Of a stretch of DNA of 64,000 nucleotides, positions 22,601-37,600 are shown in pieces. This DNA comes from Raillietiella orientalis (Eukaryota): positions 310,001 through 374,000 of the forward strand of contig JAYWIR010000020.1 in the NCBI GenBank assembly GCA_036172245.1, in the 5' to 3' direction. The notes under the pieces are model-generated. The model was not told the DNA's origin. It did no database searches and worked only from the letters and a program-made list of their open reading frames with translations. A program made the translations under genes and the position numbers. The number at the start of each line of letters is the position of its first letter. The first letter of the stretch is position 1.

Positions 22601-25600
22601 GCGCAACTCACGGTTCGCAGCTTCGGTTATGGTCAGTCTCCTGCACTCAAGAACCTCGTGGATGTTGGGGCGTGTCGAGAAAGCGGCCGCGGGAGGGTGA
22701 AATCTGAAGGTGAACACTGACAAAGATGGGGGTTCAAACGACGAGACGGAAGAGGGAATCGTGCTGACTGAACCGCCGTCCTCGCTTGCTTCCTCACCTC
22801 CGCTCTCCCACGCAAGCAACCGCTTCTTTTTTTAAATTTTTAATGATCATCAGCGACCTCACGTGGAGATCGTTGCTATTAGCCTAGAATGACGAAAATC
22901 GTCTTGGGTTCTTTCATTTGGCTCTCTCCTTCCAGTTTTTTTTTTGGGGGGGGGGGGGAGGGGAGGGGAGAGGGGGTATCTTTTCCTTGGTTCGCAAAGT
23001 GCTGAAGAACCGTCCACCTCCTTGGAAGGGCTCACAGAGCTCTTTAAGTGCCGTCCACGCCACTCGAGGGTGCGTGTTGCTCTTCAGGATAGGGGGACCT
23101 CTGGATGGACCGATCTATGAATCCACGAAGGCTCCGGAGGAAGGGGTCCGTTTCTCTTACGCTTGGAAGGGAACCCTGAAGGGAACCACCTCTTCCTCAT
23201 CCTCTCCGGAGGTCCCTGGAGTCGGGGAAAAATGAGGAGGGGAAAAAATGCGGAGAGGCGCCCTCCAGTCCCCACTCCCTGGAGGGAGCCTCATCTTATT
23301 TCTTCTCCAAAGAGAACCCGAAAAGATCTGCTCTTGGAATTTCTTCTCAGAGGAAACTCGCAAGGAAACCCTTCCTCTGAATAGGACCCCGAAGAGAGCG
23401 GAGCGTTTCTTGACACCCTGGAGAGGCATCAACCAGCTCCATGATACGCGATGGAAGGCGGCTCTATTTACACAACCGGAAGGGAACTCCGAAAGGGACC
23501 GGCTCCTTGGTTTTGGGAAGGACCTCAGAGGGTCAACTTCCGATCCCGGTCAGCCAAGGGAAGCGTTCAGGTTCCACCATTGCCACACCCGAAGCATGCA
23601 GGCCAACTAGCATCATCTTGCGGGAAGGACTCCAAACCCACGACGCATCTCCCATTTCTCGGACGGTCGATCTTTCCTGGGGGGGATTCGAACCCGCAAC
23701 GCTTGGTGCCACTGCGAGCGGTGGCCGTAGGCACACAGCCGCCAATGCGGACAAACGCTAGTTTCTTTGTGTGTGCGTGCGAAAGCTCAGCAGTGACCTC
23801 CCGAGGAGATCGTTCCTATTGATGATGGAAGTCCTAGGGGTTCTTCCATCTGATCCTTTCCTTCTAGCATCTGTTTTTTCCGGTTTTCTTTCTTTTTTGA
23901 CTTCCTGGAAATACTCAGGAAGCGTTCAACTCCTGGGAGCATTGCAGTGTTTCGACGATACCGCAACACGCGGGCTCACAAGACCAAAAAGGTCCTTTAA
24001 GCAAGGTCACGCCATCCGGAGGTGTGTGCAACTTAGTAAGGGAGAAACCCCGAAGGGACCATCTTAACTATTCTAGGAGGGCTCCGAGGATGAAGTCTGT
24101 TTCCCTTACTCTCGGGAGGGAACCCCTAAGGCAATGCTCTCTCTTATTTTCTCCGGAGGGAGCCATCCAAGACAGAGGCCAAGGAGAACTGAAATCAAGA
24201 AGGGGTCTCGCGGTGTACTGCCATGAAGAGCAGGAGCAGTTGACTTTTCTTCCCGAGAAGAATTAGGTGGAAATGGACAGTCAGGGGGGAAAAAAAATCG
24301 GAAAACTCGAGGGGACCTGGAAACTGGGAGCACTCGTCTGCCTCCTTCATTCTCCTACACCCGCTCCGATTTGTATCTTTTCCAGTCTCTTGAGAGCTCA
24401 AACATCTCTTGAAAGTACGGGATGTAGCTGGTCTGAAGCTGTCGGAGACTGCGTCCGTTCCTCTTCTTTTGAGAATGAACTCTTCGGGGTTTTCATTGCG
24501 AGCTGCTTGATAGATGGGAGAGAGATTTTTCCTCCTCTCGAATGAGGGATCTCGTTGGAAAAGAGACGTTTCGAGTTGCCGACAGCCGTGCGCTTGTTTC
24601 TCTCTAAAGAGACCCTCCACTAGCTCCGTGGTCAGTCGTGAATCGGGATCGGTCAGCTGAAAGTGGCCGTTTTTCCAGAAGCCCTTGACCCAATATTTTA
24701 TGAACGATCTTCCTGTGATCACGCAAATGATCCATGAATCCACGGAATCTCTCGGTTTCGCTCCGCGCTCGCCGGCCTCGCCTTTCCCGGTGTAACTGAG
24801 CGAGCAAACAACCGACATTCAGACCATCTTTGTTGTCCTCAATCCTCCGGGTTTCCAGTGGTTTTCTTGACTACACGTCGAAAGGAACGAGCCAGCCACA
24901 AAGCACTGCACCCCACGCCGAAAGGATGCCGTCAGTGCGAACCGAATTCCTGAACCGAATTACAGACCAGAATAGAATTCCCCTTTCCCTCTTCCTTCGA
25001 TGGTCCAGGTGCCTCGTCGAAGGCGCAAGCACACGTGCTCGCTTTTCGTGGTGGAATTCAGGCAACTCCAGCACTGCCTACCTGATTGTCCTCACACTGG
25101 TAAGCCGGTGCGACGTCCACGGAGCAGTCCTGAAACTTGCTTTCGTTGCCCAGGCAACGTGGGCGTTTCAGGCGGTAGACCCTGCTTCCCTTCTCGAGCA
25201 TGGATTCCAGGTACACCCTGGTGGCTCCAAATTCGTATCCCAGATCCCTGCAGACGACATCGCTTTCTTCCATCCCGAGATTTGTCGGGCAGACGTAGCC
25301 CCAGGAGTCCTCCACTACGAAAGACAAAAAACAAAACTAGAAAACGAGAACGAAAAGGCAACTGGAAGCTCAACGAAAGCCAAACCACCTCCGCGTCAGG
25401 AGAAAAAAAGCATTCCATCTGTCAGTCACCAACGGTTAGGTGTAGGAAAGAGGAATCGAGGAATCCGACACGTGAGGAACTTATTGCCCAGCTAGGTCTG
25501 GGCACATAAGAAGCTATCTTTGTGTCCAGATGGTCATTCTGCTTCCGCTGCACTCGAAGTGTAACGCCCAAATATCACTGGTTGCATGCCTTCCCACTCA

Positions 25601-28600
25601 GCGCTCTCCTTCATTTCTGGGGAATTCTGGAGGCGCCCTGAAAGGTTCTCGTGTGGAGTTCCAAGCCGAGCGACCCTTCTGATGACGAATGAAGTCATTT
25701 GATGGTGCAGTTTTGAAGTCAACAGGACTGGAGACCTTGTTGAGGTTAGGGAGCTTCGTCGGATGGGATCGCGGTACGAACCCTCAGGCTTCCGGACGAA
25801 CGCTTTCGCCCCTAAGCCCAAATCTGCTAGCTTGCATCTTGGTGCTGTTGCGGCGTTTCTACTTTGTAGGTCCACGCTCCGTTTTTCGGGAGGCGTCGTA
25901 GCCGGTGCGTCCAGTAGATGCCCCTTCGTATCGGATGACGGCACCTATCTTGGTTGACGCCCGTTCTTGGAACTTTCACCGTCGTTCTCAGGGATGCTGG
26001 AACCAAGTTGGCCCCACAGACTGATGCTTCTATTCCTCCTGAGAGTGGAAACGGAAGCTCTAGGTTCCAGTACTTTTTTTCCTTTTCCTCCAAAGCTTCC
26101 TTGAACTCTGTCAGAGCGATATCAGATGGTCAGCATGCGTCCAGTATCATGATGCGGTTCATTCTTCTCACGGCTCAGGTCGAAACGATGACCCTATGCC
26201 TTCTCGAGCTCTCCAAGGTTGGAAGCTCTTTGAGATTGGTTCTGTCTGGAGAAGTGAACAATGTCCATTCCTCGACGTCCAGTGTTTGCTCCCTTGGTAG
26301 AGTTGCATTCTTCCTTTCCCTTTCTGCTTTCTTCTGTGAAGTTTCCTCTGCCCTTTCCTAAAAGTGGATTCTTCTCGGCAGTTATCCTCCATCTGAACTC
26401 TGCTTGCATCTTGAAGAGTTTTGACAAAGAAGGAATTTTCCAATTTACTTCTTTGTCCAACTGGCAAGACGACGAATTTTCGTTTGATGTGAAAACAACA
26501 TGGAAGAGAATCTCATTCTTCCTCTTCTGGTCTGCAGCATCCCTCGAGGGTCACTCTTTGAGTTGCGTGTTATCCAGGAAACTCCAATCCTGGCTGACTT
26601 CGGTCTCAACAACGACTCATCCTGTTTGGTAGCGTATTTCTTTGTTGACTTCTGTTATTCATAAGCACTCAGGCACCAGGATTCCTCGCATCTTTCTACA
26701 GAAAGCTTCATCACCACACAGGAGGTTTGTGACCCCCATGACCCCTCTAAGTAGGATCAGAACACCTCGAAAGGAGATGGAGATGGTAAATCTGCGAATT
26801 TTTAAAAACAGAGGATACATGTTTCTCCCCCACATAGATCACATAGGAAGGTCGAGCATAGTTCTCGGTCAGAAAGCTGCTCGAAGGAGCGCATGCAAAG
26901 GAGCAGCACGAGAAGACACAAAGAGAGTCATCGGCCTGTAGTTCCACCAGTCACGTCAGACAAGGCTGAAGGGAAGGCTGTGCACGGAAGCGAAGACCAG
27001 AACACTCCGCCCTCCCCCGGGCGGTGGCAGGGCATGTTACGCGCGGTAGCCGTTAGGAAAAGATCATCTCTGCCTCCATTTTTGTGTGGAAAGCTCGCTC
27101 TTTGGGCTTCCTTTCACTTTCCTTCTTCTCTTGCAAGCACTTAGGCTTACCTTTGATTCCAAGGCGGCCTTCACTGGGTCTCGTGCCGTTCAAGAGGAAG
27201 ATTTGCAGGTTGCGGCAGTTCTTCTCGTCTGATCCTTCGTCGCAGTCGAAGATTCCATCGCAGACCTTTTAAAGTAGAAGCAAATGAAAGAAATCAGCAG
27301 CAAAAAACGCAGAACGAATCAATCGATGAAGTCACAAAGAAGTGCTTGCAGAAGTCCCATGCGTTCTTTCGCTCCCCCCTCCACTCTCAGGATCGCTCTC
27401 TCTATAAAAAAGAAGGAAAGAAAAGATCTGGGTCTTGGAGAGGACTCATTTCTCTTCAACGCTTATTGGTTGCTATCGAGAAGGTATCGAGAGAAGGCGA
27501 TGTGATCTTATAGCACTCCTGGTTTCCCTCCCGGTTCATGTGTTTCGTGGCTTGCCACTCGCCCCTATATGATTCTCTGGATGTGATGTGTCCCTTTTCT
27601 CTGGATGCTGACATTTGGTCAACCGAGACGGTGGCTCACAAAGAGTTCCAGTGCTTCCGCCAAATCTTATGCGAGAGAAATCATCGTTGGGGAGGCGACG
27701 AACTCAGGAAAGCTTTCTTTCCAGAGCAGATCAAGCGGTCACTTCTCCGGCTCGGCTACCACTTTGCTGTTTGATTTTGCTTTTCTGGTCCGCCTCTCAG
27801 CATCTGAAGCTCCACATTCCAGTGACCTGTAGGTATGCTTCAACAGTAGAACTACGTCTTTCGATGCTCGGGAGATCTTCCTTTTAGCTCATCCCTGCAG
27901 CTGGCACACAATACCTTTGGGCTCTTTCCCTGGAAGCAGCAACTGCATCTTCTGAGCCTCCCTCAAAGGGGACTGGGAACTGAACTACCCCCCCCCCCCC
28001 CTCTCGCTACGCTTGCTTCGGAGATTTAGAATTTTCCGCCTACAGGCTGAAAGAATGAGGGTTTCCGAGATAAAACGGAAAAGAGGAAGACTTGCTCCAC
28101 TTGCGATTCTTCTCAGCGAGTGATCTGAGATCCACTGCCGTCACCAATAGCCCCAGAGCCTGGATGATGCTCCGCGCACAGCATGAAGTGGAAACCCGGG
28201 ACTGCTGTGCTCTTCTCCTAAAGAGTGCGATTCCTCTATTTCTCAGGTTGATTGCTGTTTGGTTTCCAGGATGAAGAGGTAGTGGTTTGTTGATGCTGCG
28301 AGCTTCCAGCAAAGAGTCTCCCACAAGAGGCCAGGCTGCCTGAGCACCCAGAATCCAGACGCATGCAAAAGGTTCCGCAAAGAGTTCGACTGAGAGATCC
28401 AGATCGCTTCCTTTCGCCACTTAAGAGGGAGATTCTTTGATCGACCCTCGATAAGATCGAGACCAACATGGAGGGAACGGCAGCGGCAAATCCTGAAAGC
28501 CATGCAAACATGTGGTTACCTGGTTCTTCTGCAGACACTTCCCGTTGGAGCAGACGAAGAGGTCCGAACAGTTGATGGTCGTGGAACGGCGTTGATAGTA

Positions 28601-31600
28601 ACCGAACCCCGAGGAGTTTCTTAGCTTCCCGGTCTTTTGAACGTCCTGGTGGCTCAGAGTGCAGGTCTCCGACTGAAAACTAGGGTGGAGAGCGGGAGGT
28701 TGGAGTGAGATTCTCTGCGATGGAGTCCGGAGGGGAAGGATGAAAAGGGCAAAAACACTCACTGGTAGTTAAAGGAGGCGCAAACGAACTTCTTCGACTC
28801 CATGCATCTCTTGGCGCAGACGTTGATAGTGGTGAACAGCCAGCGCTCGCTCTCTTCCACTTCGAGCTTCTGGCCTTGGTGCTCGGAGAACTCAGGGAGA
28901 TATCCCTTGCAGTTTGCTTCGTCTTTCCCGTTGGAACAGTCCTGGAATGCTCTGCGTGAACGGGTGAAACAGCGAGACTTTTCCCCTCTTTTTCAATAGC
29001 AGCCACACCGAGCGCCATCCGCGGTTTTGGCGGTTGCTGCTCCTGAAGAGTCAGGTGTCAGCTCGTCCCATTTAAAAGGGATGTAAGCATTCTTCTTCCT
29101 CTATCAGAATCGGCAGAATAGGGACGAAGAAAATGCGGCGCATCCTCTCCCTGGAGCTTGAAGACTGCATGACACTTGCGTCAGAGGCCCTAGTCAAAGG
29201 TTGGTCGGCTGATGACAAATTCTAGCGAAACGGAGCGGTCGTGTGAATCCTGCTCCCTCCCTTATCTTTTTCATCAGTCCCCTGAATTTCCAGTCCAGTT
29301 TTCCTCAGTCCCGTCTCAAAGTCATTTAATACTAGAGGAGAACAAACGAAATGCACGTGCGCGTGCGCATTTCTCAGGAATACGCAGCTTGAGGTCGTTC
29401 TAAAATGCTCACAAGGGCCGAGGTGGGAGGAAAAAGAAACATCAGGAAATCCCTCAGCACCCGGGACTGGAGAAGATTCGTCCTCAGGCCAGAGTAAGGG
29501 GGAGAAAGGAGGGGAAGGGGGTGGGGGGAAGAAAAAAAGAAGGAGACAGTCCTACAGAGGAACTTCAGCTCCAGTTGCATCTGGAGGCAAGGGATGCTTC
29601 GATGCACTCACTTCATTACCAAGGAGAGGGTAGGTTAGGGGAAGGAAAGTCTAAAGAGAACTGGCCTCCGCGAGCGCGCAAGACTTAGACCCTGCTGTGA
29701 GGTCTTCTAGTCTCTGGAGCGAGAGCACCAAGAGCGCCGCACACTTCGGCTCAACAGAGCGCGAGGCAAAGCTGCGAAGACCTAGGAGAAGAGCAAAGAA
29801 CCGACCACATAACACAAGGAACGGAAGATAAACTCTCAAGCGATCTCTCAGGAGACAGTCCATGTATTGTGCCTATTATCCGCTCAGCCACGACCATGCA
29901 CACATCAAGTGCCACCTTGTCACGCGGACCTGACAACCGTAGGCGAGAGTCTTCTCGAGATAAGCAGGTCTTCCAAAAGTCAGAGGAACGACAAAGGGGC
30001 TTAGAAGAGCTTCGGATTAGAGGCTGAAGTTCAAAACGAGGATACACATGCAGGAATACACTGGTACAGGAGACTTGTGGGAAAAGATCACTAGCTCAGA
30101 TGCGACTGGATTGTCAGCTCAGGAGGATGATTACGTAAGCAAAACAGAGAGCAGTTCCTGGAATAACGAGCAGTTGGCAATGAAAGCGGCGAATTCATGG
30201 GAATTCAAACGGGTTATCAGCTTCTGTGTTATCACATTAAGTCGGGCTGACAGATACAGCTCCAGAAAAGTGAATATATAGGAACGAAGATGATGAAGAA
30301 AATTGCTAGGAAAGCTTCAGTACAGCCATCCTGCAACTGCCGAGCACACAATTTTTCTGATAGAAGCGCGCGAATGAAAAAAAAGAAGTCAATGGAGAGT
30401 GGAAACTGAGGAAATAAAGACGAATTGGGAAGAAATAAAGAAGAATAAAGAAGCGTTGGGGATACAGCGGCAATTCTTGGGCTTTCGGAGTTTCCGCAAG
30501 CTTCGGGAGATGGATATGATCTTTTCAGAAGCGTAAGTTAAAACGACAGATCGAAGGAGTCGCAATGTTTCGTCCTGTTTGCTGACCACGTCCAATTGAA
30601 GCAACAAAAGTGTCTCGCCTAATATCTGTCGTGGTGTCTCAGCGATGCGAGAAAGAAAGCGTTTTTCATCTGAGAGCATCGGTTTGAGAACTGTGAACAT
30701 CTTCAAAATGCTGGGGGGAAAGGGGAGGGAAAGGAACCTTCGACTCTTTTGTGCGTTTTATAAAATTGTCAGGAAGGGACTGTGGATCTCTACCAGATAC
30801 GGGAAGATCAACAGCATTGATTTCGCTTAGGAGACAGCCTCCCTTTATCCAGACTTCAACATCTGGACCGTGCCTGCTCAAAGATACCTTTTCTCCATCA
30901 CACACGTAAGACAGGTAGATGCATTCTCCGGGTGCGCACTGGAACTGGTACTCTCCACAAGTTTTGTAGCGTTCTGCAAAACGCGACTTGCCATTTGAGA
31001 CCCGACCGGAGAAGCGTAATGACCTGTCACATTGACACACTTGGGGATGTCGCACAAGTCAAAATTATCCAATGACAGGAAGCACCACGGAGATTCGTCC
31101 CCATCCGGATTGCGGCATTGACTGTGGTTTCCCAGTCCGTGATCCTGGAAATCTTCTACCATAGGGGCCAGAGCAGGAGTTGACCAGGCGATGCAAGCTC
31201 TTCCAGACGCTGAGACATTGGCAAGACCTCTGTAATCCCTTCCGTTTCTGTCCACACAACCTATTGAAGAGAATGGTCACAGACTTGCACATCAGGCTCA
31301 CCATTTGACATTGCATCTTGAGTAGCTCTGATTCCCCTCTGGATCGGTCCCCTTTAGCGAGCGCTCATCTCGAAAAATCAAAAGCGGGAACACCCGTCAC
31401 GAAAAGCCGTCGAACACCAAGATCACATCCGATCCTAATCTCTTCTAACCACCGTAACCGCAAGCCTCTGGTGCTTCTCTCCCTACTATCAAAGATGATT
31501 TACTTGATTGAAATCGTTCACAGGGATGGGGCAAGCATGCTGATGGTTCTGCACTTGGCGTTTATGCGAAGGACGCTTAAGAACAATGAAAGCAATTTGT

Positions 31601-34600
31601 TTTAGTGATGCCGCTTGGGTGTTCCAAATTACAATACAAAATGCAAATCGCAACTCTCTTTGTATTTGTGTTCTTCCTTGTTAAGTGTCACGTACAATCA
31701 CGAGAAGCTGTTACTCGTGCCCAGGCAAGAAGGAAGTGATACACATCCCAGGGAAAGGAATTGCCTCCCTGAAGCTACAGACAACAAAGCGAGCTCGTGT
31801 TATTTTCTGAGCCATGTTTAGAACGAATTTGAGGATGTGTAGAGCATCTGTTTGGGATAGAATACTCGCACTTGGGATTTAGCAACTCCTGCCTTTTAGA
31901 AAGGGATGGAATGGTTTTCTTCATCGAGATTGAAAAAGTGTGCTTTCTGCAAGACCACGAATGAATCGAGCTTATATGAAAATCAAGATGATCTTCTGCT
32001 TCCGATTCGATCGAGACAACTCATATTATAGATGCATCTCATCTTGAAAATACACATAGAACCTCTGGTTGCTGCAAAATAAAAATCTCTCTTCCCTGTT
32101 ATGTGCCCTTTTCTAAGAAATGTGGGAAAGAGTACCAGGTCTATACGCTAGACACGACTGCACAGCTACCATTACAGTGATGCCTTCAGTATTTCAAGAC
32201 ATTGTTCTGCTTTTCCTCGACCTTAAAAGCATCCTTGCATAGATTGGAATCAAAACATGAAGTTTGTGAATCTAGAATACATCAAGGAACCCTTTTCCTC
32301 ACAGTACAGACTGAGTTGTCGAGTCTAGTACTCATGTACACTTGAAAAAAATCACTGCACACAGTGCAAGATTCCAGAAAACGATACCCCACAGATTCAT
32401 GCATAGAAACTCGAGCAAATTTACCCTGCACAAATGTACCAACTGGTCGTCACGATGAAGCACTCTTTAGTATTATAAAATGAACGAAATCACAGACCCA
32501 CCTGTCATGTGAGCTACACAATTTCTCACTCATCCTTACTTCCTTTCCTGATATAAATATATTTACTGAGTAGAATAGGAGACAGAAGCAAAGGATTGAG
32601 GCCATGACTTTCCTCAATTTCGGCTCCCTACTAATCGACCGAAATTACTTGAAGATTAAAAGACTTCAATCCTTAGAATAAACCACCCCGATTCCTACAG
32701 CATAACCATGGTACTCATGTTTATGCTGTCTGCTGTGCATTCATCTTACAATCAATACCCTTTCCTGAAGAAAAGTAAAGCATTCCCTTGAGGCCAATCA
32801 ATCGTGTTTCAAACCTTCTTCAGGTCCCCCTTCAATAAACCTATTGAAAAACCTCAAATTGCACTACTGCTGATACTTTGCAGCATCTTCAGAGGTTAAG
32901 AATATTTTAACTCTCTGATCCTTCCTCACAAAGGCGCTCCATAACGACGTAAGAATAGGGACCAACGCCGATCGAGGCCCAGGGCATGATAGATTACGCA
33001 GTCATTCAAACTGTCACTGTTGTTCTTTGGAAATATCCAGCTGGACACCGACGTCTCACAGGCCTCTATAGTAATCTGAACTTTGGAAATTACACCGAAG
33101 CGCGGAATGGTCTGGAGAATCGATTACACGAAACACTAAAGATGATGAGATAGAAGTTAACGTGCAGTAATAAGTCATGTTTAACTTGCAATAGCAGTCA
33201 CCGCTCCTCTTCATAGAATGCCAGCTAGCCTTGTGTGAAAGTATCCTATCTTGGTAGAAAGAGGAATACGGATTTCTTTCCAGAGAATGTTCCTAAAAGG
33301 AGAAAGGGAAGGAAGATTCCCTGAGGTAGATGAGAGTCTATGAGGAACACTTGAGCGATATGAACAGAGTGCCAAAGTAGCACAGGCACCATGGACTGTC
33401 TCCACCTACAGAGCACACTAGCTGCGTCACGCTTGTTTCGGAATCTTCACATAAGATCTAAGGAGAGTTCAATGGTCTTCAAAAACATCCATCTCAGTAA
33501 AAGAAATTACCCTGCTGATTCCATGAAGCTTTTTTTTTTTTTTTTTCCATCCCTCTGAACCGTTTTCAGGTGGAAGCTGATGGTGAGTTCTGAAACTGTC
33601 GCTGAAACCGACAGGGGCAACGACCGAAACGAGGTCTGTTTACAACGATCTGCTGTCTCATCGGAGGTCAAACTTGGACAAGAAACTGTTCAAACAGAGT
33701 TCCTATTTATTTCTACATGCAAGATAAGAATCGGAAATGAGTTTGCTTCACGTTAGTGTCATCGTCATCAGAAATACAATAAATGAAACCGATGTTTTTG
33801 AGTCAATGGATTCTCAGAAAATCATTCTGGAAGCTGCTTAAAAATGAGTGACATTAAAAGATAGCGTTGAGGAAAACGCATTCGTAAGAATTTATCGCTA
33901 GTTTTAGGAGACAAAAACAAATTACCATGAAGCCTAAAGGAATGACCATCAGTACATTCTTTCGAATGAGTTACATCTACAACGGAGACTGCAGTGCAAA
34001 TCGCATAGGATGTGAGAATCCATGAGAGCTCTTTCCAGAAAAAGTCACCTCACAGAATGATGGTTATTACTAAGAAGAAGAGAACCCTATCGCAGTTTAC
34101 TCTGACGAGTGATGCACAACGATACGTTAGTCGAAAGCATGCTATTCGAGAGAGTCGTGCTTCTGCTTGGAGATCGCTCTCAACTCGAGCATCCAGTGCA
34201 TTCAGGAATCTGGAAACATCATGCGGGAACGTTCCCTGCGTTCTGAGTATTTCCTAACAGCTCTTGACGTAAGCTGTGAACCTATTCTTCCTAAGATTCT
34301 ATCTACTTGAATCTTTATCCGTCCAAAATATGAAACTCTTCTCAAAGAAACCATGAAAGAGCAATGGGTGCACCGATTCCGCTAAAGAAATGTTTTTTTG
34401 AGATAGAAATTGATGAACTCAGAGCATCGTCCTTTTCTAAGATCAGCGCCACGAATCCCCTCAAGACATATTATACAGCATCCCAAAGATTCACATCGCA
34501 TCGAGTAAAGAAAAGGATGAGAGGGAAGCGTTTCACAAAAATCCAGAAATACCTGACATTTTTGTGGAAGAGAGATTTTCCAAGTTTCTCCTATTTTTGA

Positions 34601-37600
34601 GGAGGTTGTGCCCATCATACAAGTGGATTTTTATCCTTCAGCACATCAATCACCTCCTCTCCCCCCATACCCGTGTCTCCCGGTGTACTTCACCGATAAG
34701 ATCAACTATTGGTGTGCTTTCTAAGAAACCACGCGAGTTACTGAGCTCGTTCACAAATGATTCCTACGAGAGATGCCCGGAACAAGGGCAAGAGCAAGAG
34801 TAATCACGCGGGTTTCCTCGAGAAGACGAGCAACTTTAAACGAGGGGAGAGGAAAAGAGGAAACGAAACTCTTGTCTGTCCATTTCAGTTGTCTCTGTTC
34901 CGAAGGAGAGGACGCGTGATCGTTCCAAAGATCGCTCATGTCCTTACCTATGTCCAGTGCTGCCTTCTCGCAAATAAAAGGAAGTTTCGCATCGCAGGAT
35001 TCCACATCAAAGAAATAAAATGGCTGGTGGTTTGGGATCCTCCTGGATATGTTTCTAGGGAGATTCGGGTTCAGGACCACACACGGCTTTCGAGAGTCCA
35101 AAATGTCCACTCCTGAAAGTGAAGTGGCTTTCAGTGCCTGTGGCTTCTGGCTCTTGTTCCCTCTTTCAAAAATGACCGGGTGTGAGAAAGATAGAATCAA
35201 AGCATGTTTGTATCTTGGAATCTGTTCAAAGATGGTTCTGCGCTCCCACAGGAAACAGGTCGAGATTCCAAGAGGGTGCAAATCCATCTCAGTTCCGTGT
35301 CTGTAAGTCAGCACAAACCTGGTTTCCAGTTCTGATAATGAATGGTCGCCTTCCAATCATCCCACATCCAGAAAATTTTGCTGAGATATTCGAGTCTCAG
35401 TCCTGAGGTATGCCAACTTGCTCGACCTCTTCTTTTCAACAAAATGTTTCTTTTGCTTGTCAGCTTCAACGATTCGGAGAGGAAATTGTGGATCAGGGGG
35501 GAATCGACCTTGGCTAGTTTCTCCCCTCGCTGAAGACAGAAGTTGTTGGCTTCGATCCTATTTTTCCTCTCAATATGGAACGAGAAGCAGTTGCCTCCGA
35601 AATTAACGCTTCCTGAGGGGCAGGCACTGTAGCTGTCTTGAAAACACTCCACGCTGACCACGTCCCTGACGACATCGCACCTATTCTTTACAAGAAGGCT
35701 GCAGTTCCAAATCTCAGCCTCATCTCCTTTGCAGTTCACGTAATCGTAATGCAAAGGAATGTTGCCAGAGAAGTGACCATAAATCATGCCTTTCTGGATC
35801 TTCTTGACACCTCTTAGTGAAAAGCGCTGTTTCGAATGAGAACTCTTTAATGAATCTTCACCTGGAGTAACCGAGTTGCCTGCAAACAACATTGCCTTCT
35901 TCCTTCGACCAGTATGAATCACACAGCATTCCCCATCGATTGTTGAGGTACATTTCAACGTATCCTTGATGAGGTCCATCACTGTTCCTTAAGAGGAACG
36001 ACTGAAGTCTCAACTTTTGATTCCCAGTGAATATGGCGTTTTCGCTTCTTCCTTCCATTTCGCCCCCTGGAATGAACAGCATGACCTGATAACAAGAATG
36101 CAATAAAGTGGTGGGTTTGAAGGGATTGAAATTTCCATCACATTAGGACGCTCCCTAGGGTTCTCGTTGCCATACCAACATTAGTTTTTACAAAACAGTC
36201 ATGCAAAAGAACTGGCTCCGAAGGATCGCGACTCTTCTTTAATTGAGCAATTTTTTTCGATAGTGTATTGAAAACTCATCCAGGATGAGAATGAGCAAAT
36301 GAGATGTGCTTATCGCACACGCCGACCCTTTTATCTCTTCCACGGACAATCGGTGACACCTATGAATAGAATCCTGAGAAAGAAAAGTAGATACAGTGCC
36401 CTTGTGGGCGTTACAGGGATTCCCGATGAATTTCCTGTCTCGTTCCATAGGTGTCCTGGGCTAAGATTAACAAGTTTCACGTCGCACCCTTGCGCTTTTC
36501 AACAAGTCTAAGGAAGATCTTCGTGTCGAGCAGCTTCCCTTCGATTCTCCCTGCTTCACACTGGTGTTGGTAATGTCTCGTTCTTCGTTGGGTGTTGTTT
36601 CTTCATCTCCAAAGAATGGAACCGGTTGCTCTTCCAATATTCCAGCACAGAGAAACGCTACTCTTTGCCACGATTTCAGCTTCCAGATCAGGTTCATGTG
36701 CGTATCACGGGAACCGTCCGCGAGGAATTGAAAAGGAACACTTGCAACAGATCACAGGTTTCCCTCTGAGGGATGCTCTTTCGAAGGCAGTTATTTTGTG
36801 CCGATATCCGGAATCTCCCCATCCACAAGGAGCAGGAATGGAGTTTTGAAAGAGAGACTTTCGTTCTTGGCCTTTTGGATTTTCGTGTTTTCTCTATTCA
36901 AATGTATAAGAGTAGTCTTCTATCAGACAATCCTTTTGCAGTGTCGACAAACACAACGTCTCCCGAAACGCGTTCAAGGGAAGACCCGCAAAAATCAGAG
37001 ACCAAAAAAGGAAAATCAGTGTGACAATGAGGCACTTTTATATCTTCGATACTTATATCTTCTCAAATCCAGCTCTTGCTTCATTGCACCCAACTTGCTC
37101 ACCAGTCTTGCTGTTTTTCAAGTGCTTCTCCGATGATTCCTTGCTTTGCAAATCTGATGATTTATCTGTTTGTCCATGCTTTGCTTCTCGGATGACAGCT
37201 TCCCTCCGTTTGTCCTTCGTTTCGACTCCGTTCCTTGCTTTCTCTCACTCGGAGCCATGCACCTGGATACCACCTTCCTTCCTTCTTAAAATAAACTTCT
37301 CGCCAACCGTTTGCCACCATGAGTCTCTGCGACTAGAGATATTCCCACTTCGAGGAGAGCCGCTTGTGCAGCCCGGAAGATACATCCCAGCAACTTGATT
37401 CCCAGTACATTCTACCCGCAAACTTCCCTTGACAGAATCACTGAACTTTTAAAGTCTATTTAATTGCTTTAGCATCGACACTTACTGTGGACAAGAAACC
37501 CTTGTCTCCAAGACGCCATCTCCACTAACCCACCGCATGCTCTCTATTGAACATGGATGCGTATGCTAAAAAGTGTCTGAATGAATATCTGTGCTGTAGC

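Noticed and set aside
16000..26600. Many overlapping 100-300 aa ORFs on both strands
   Set aside because: Expected in GC-rich DNA; low-complexity R/G/S/P translations with no domains apart from the true protease exons
33330..33410. GGDSPWC peptide resembling a second kringle exon
   Set aside because: Lacks CRNPD and remaining cysteine spacing, ends in a stop
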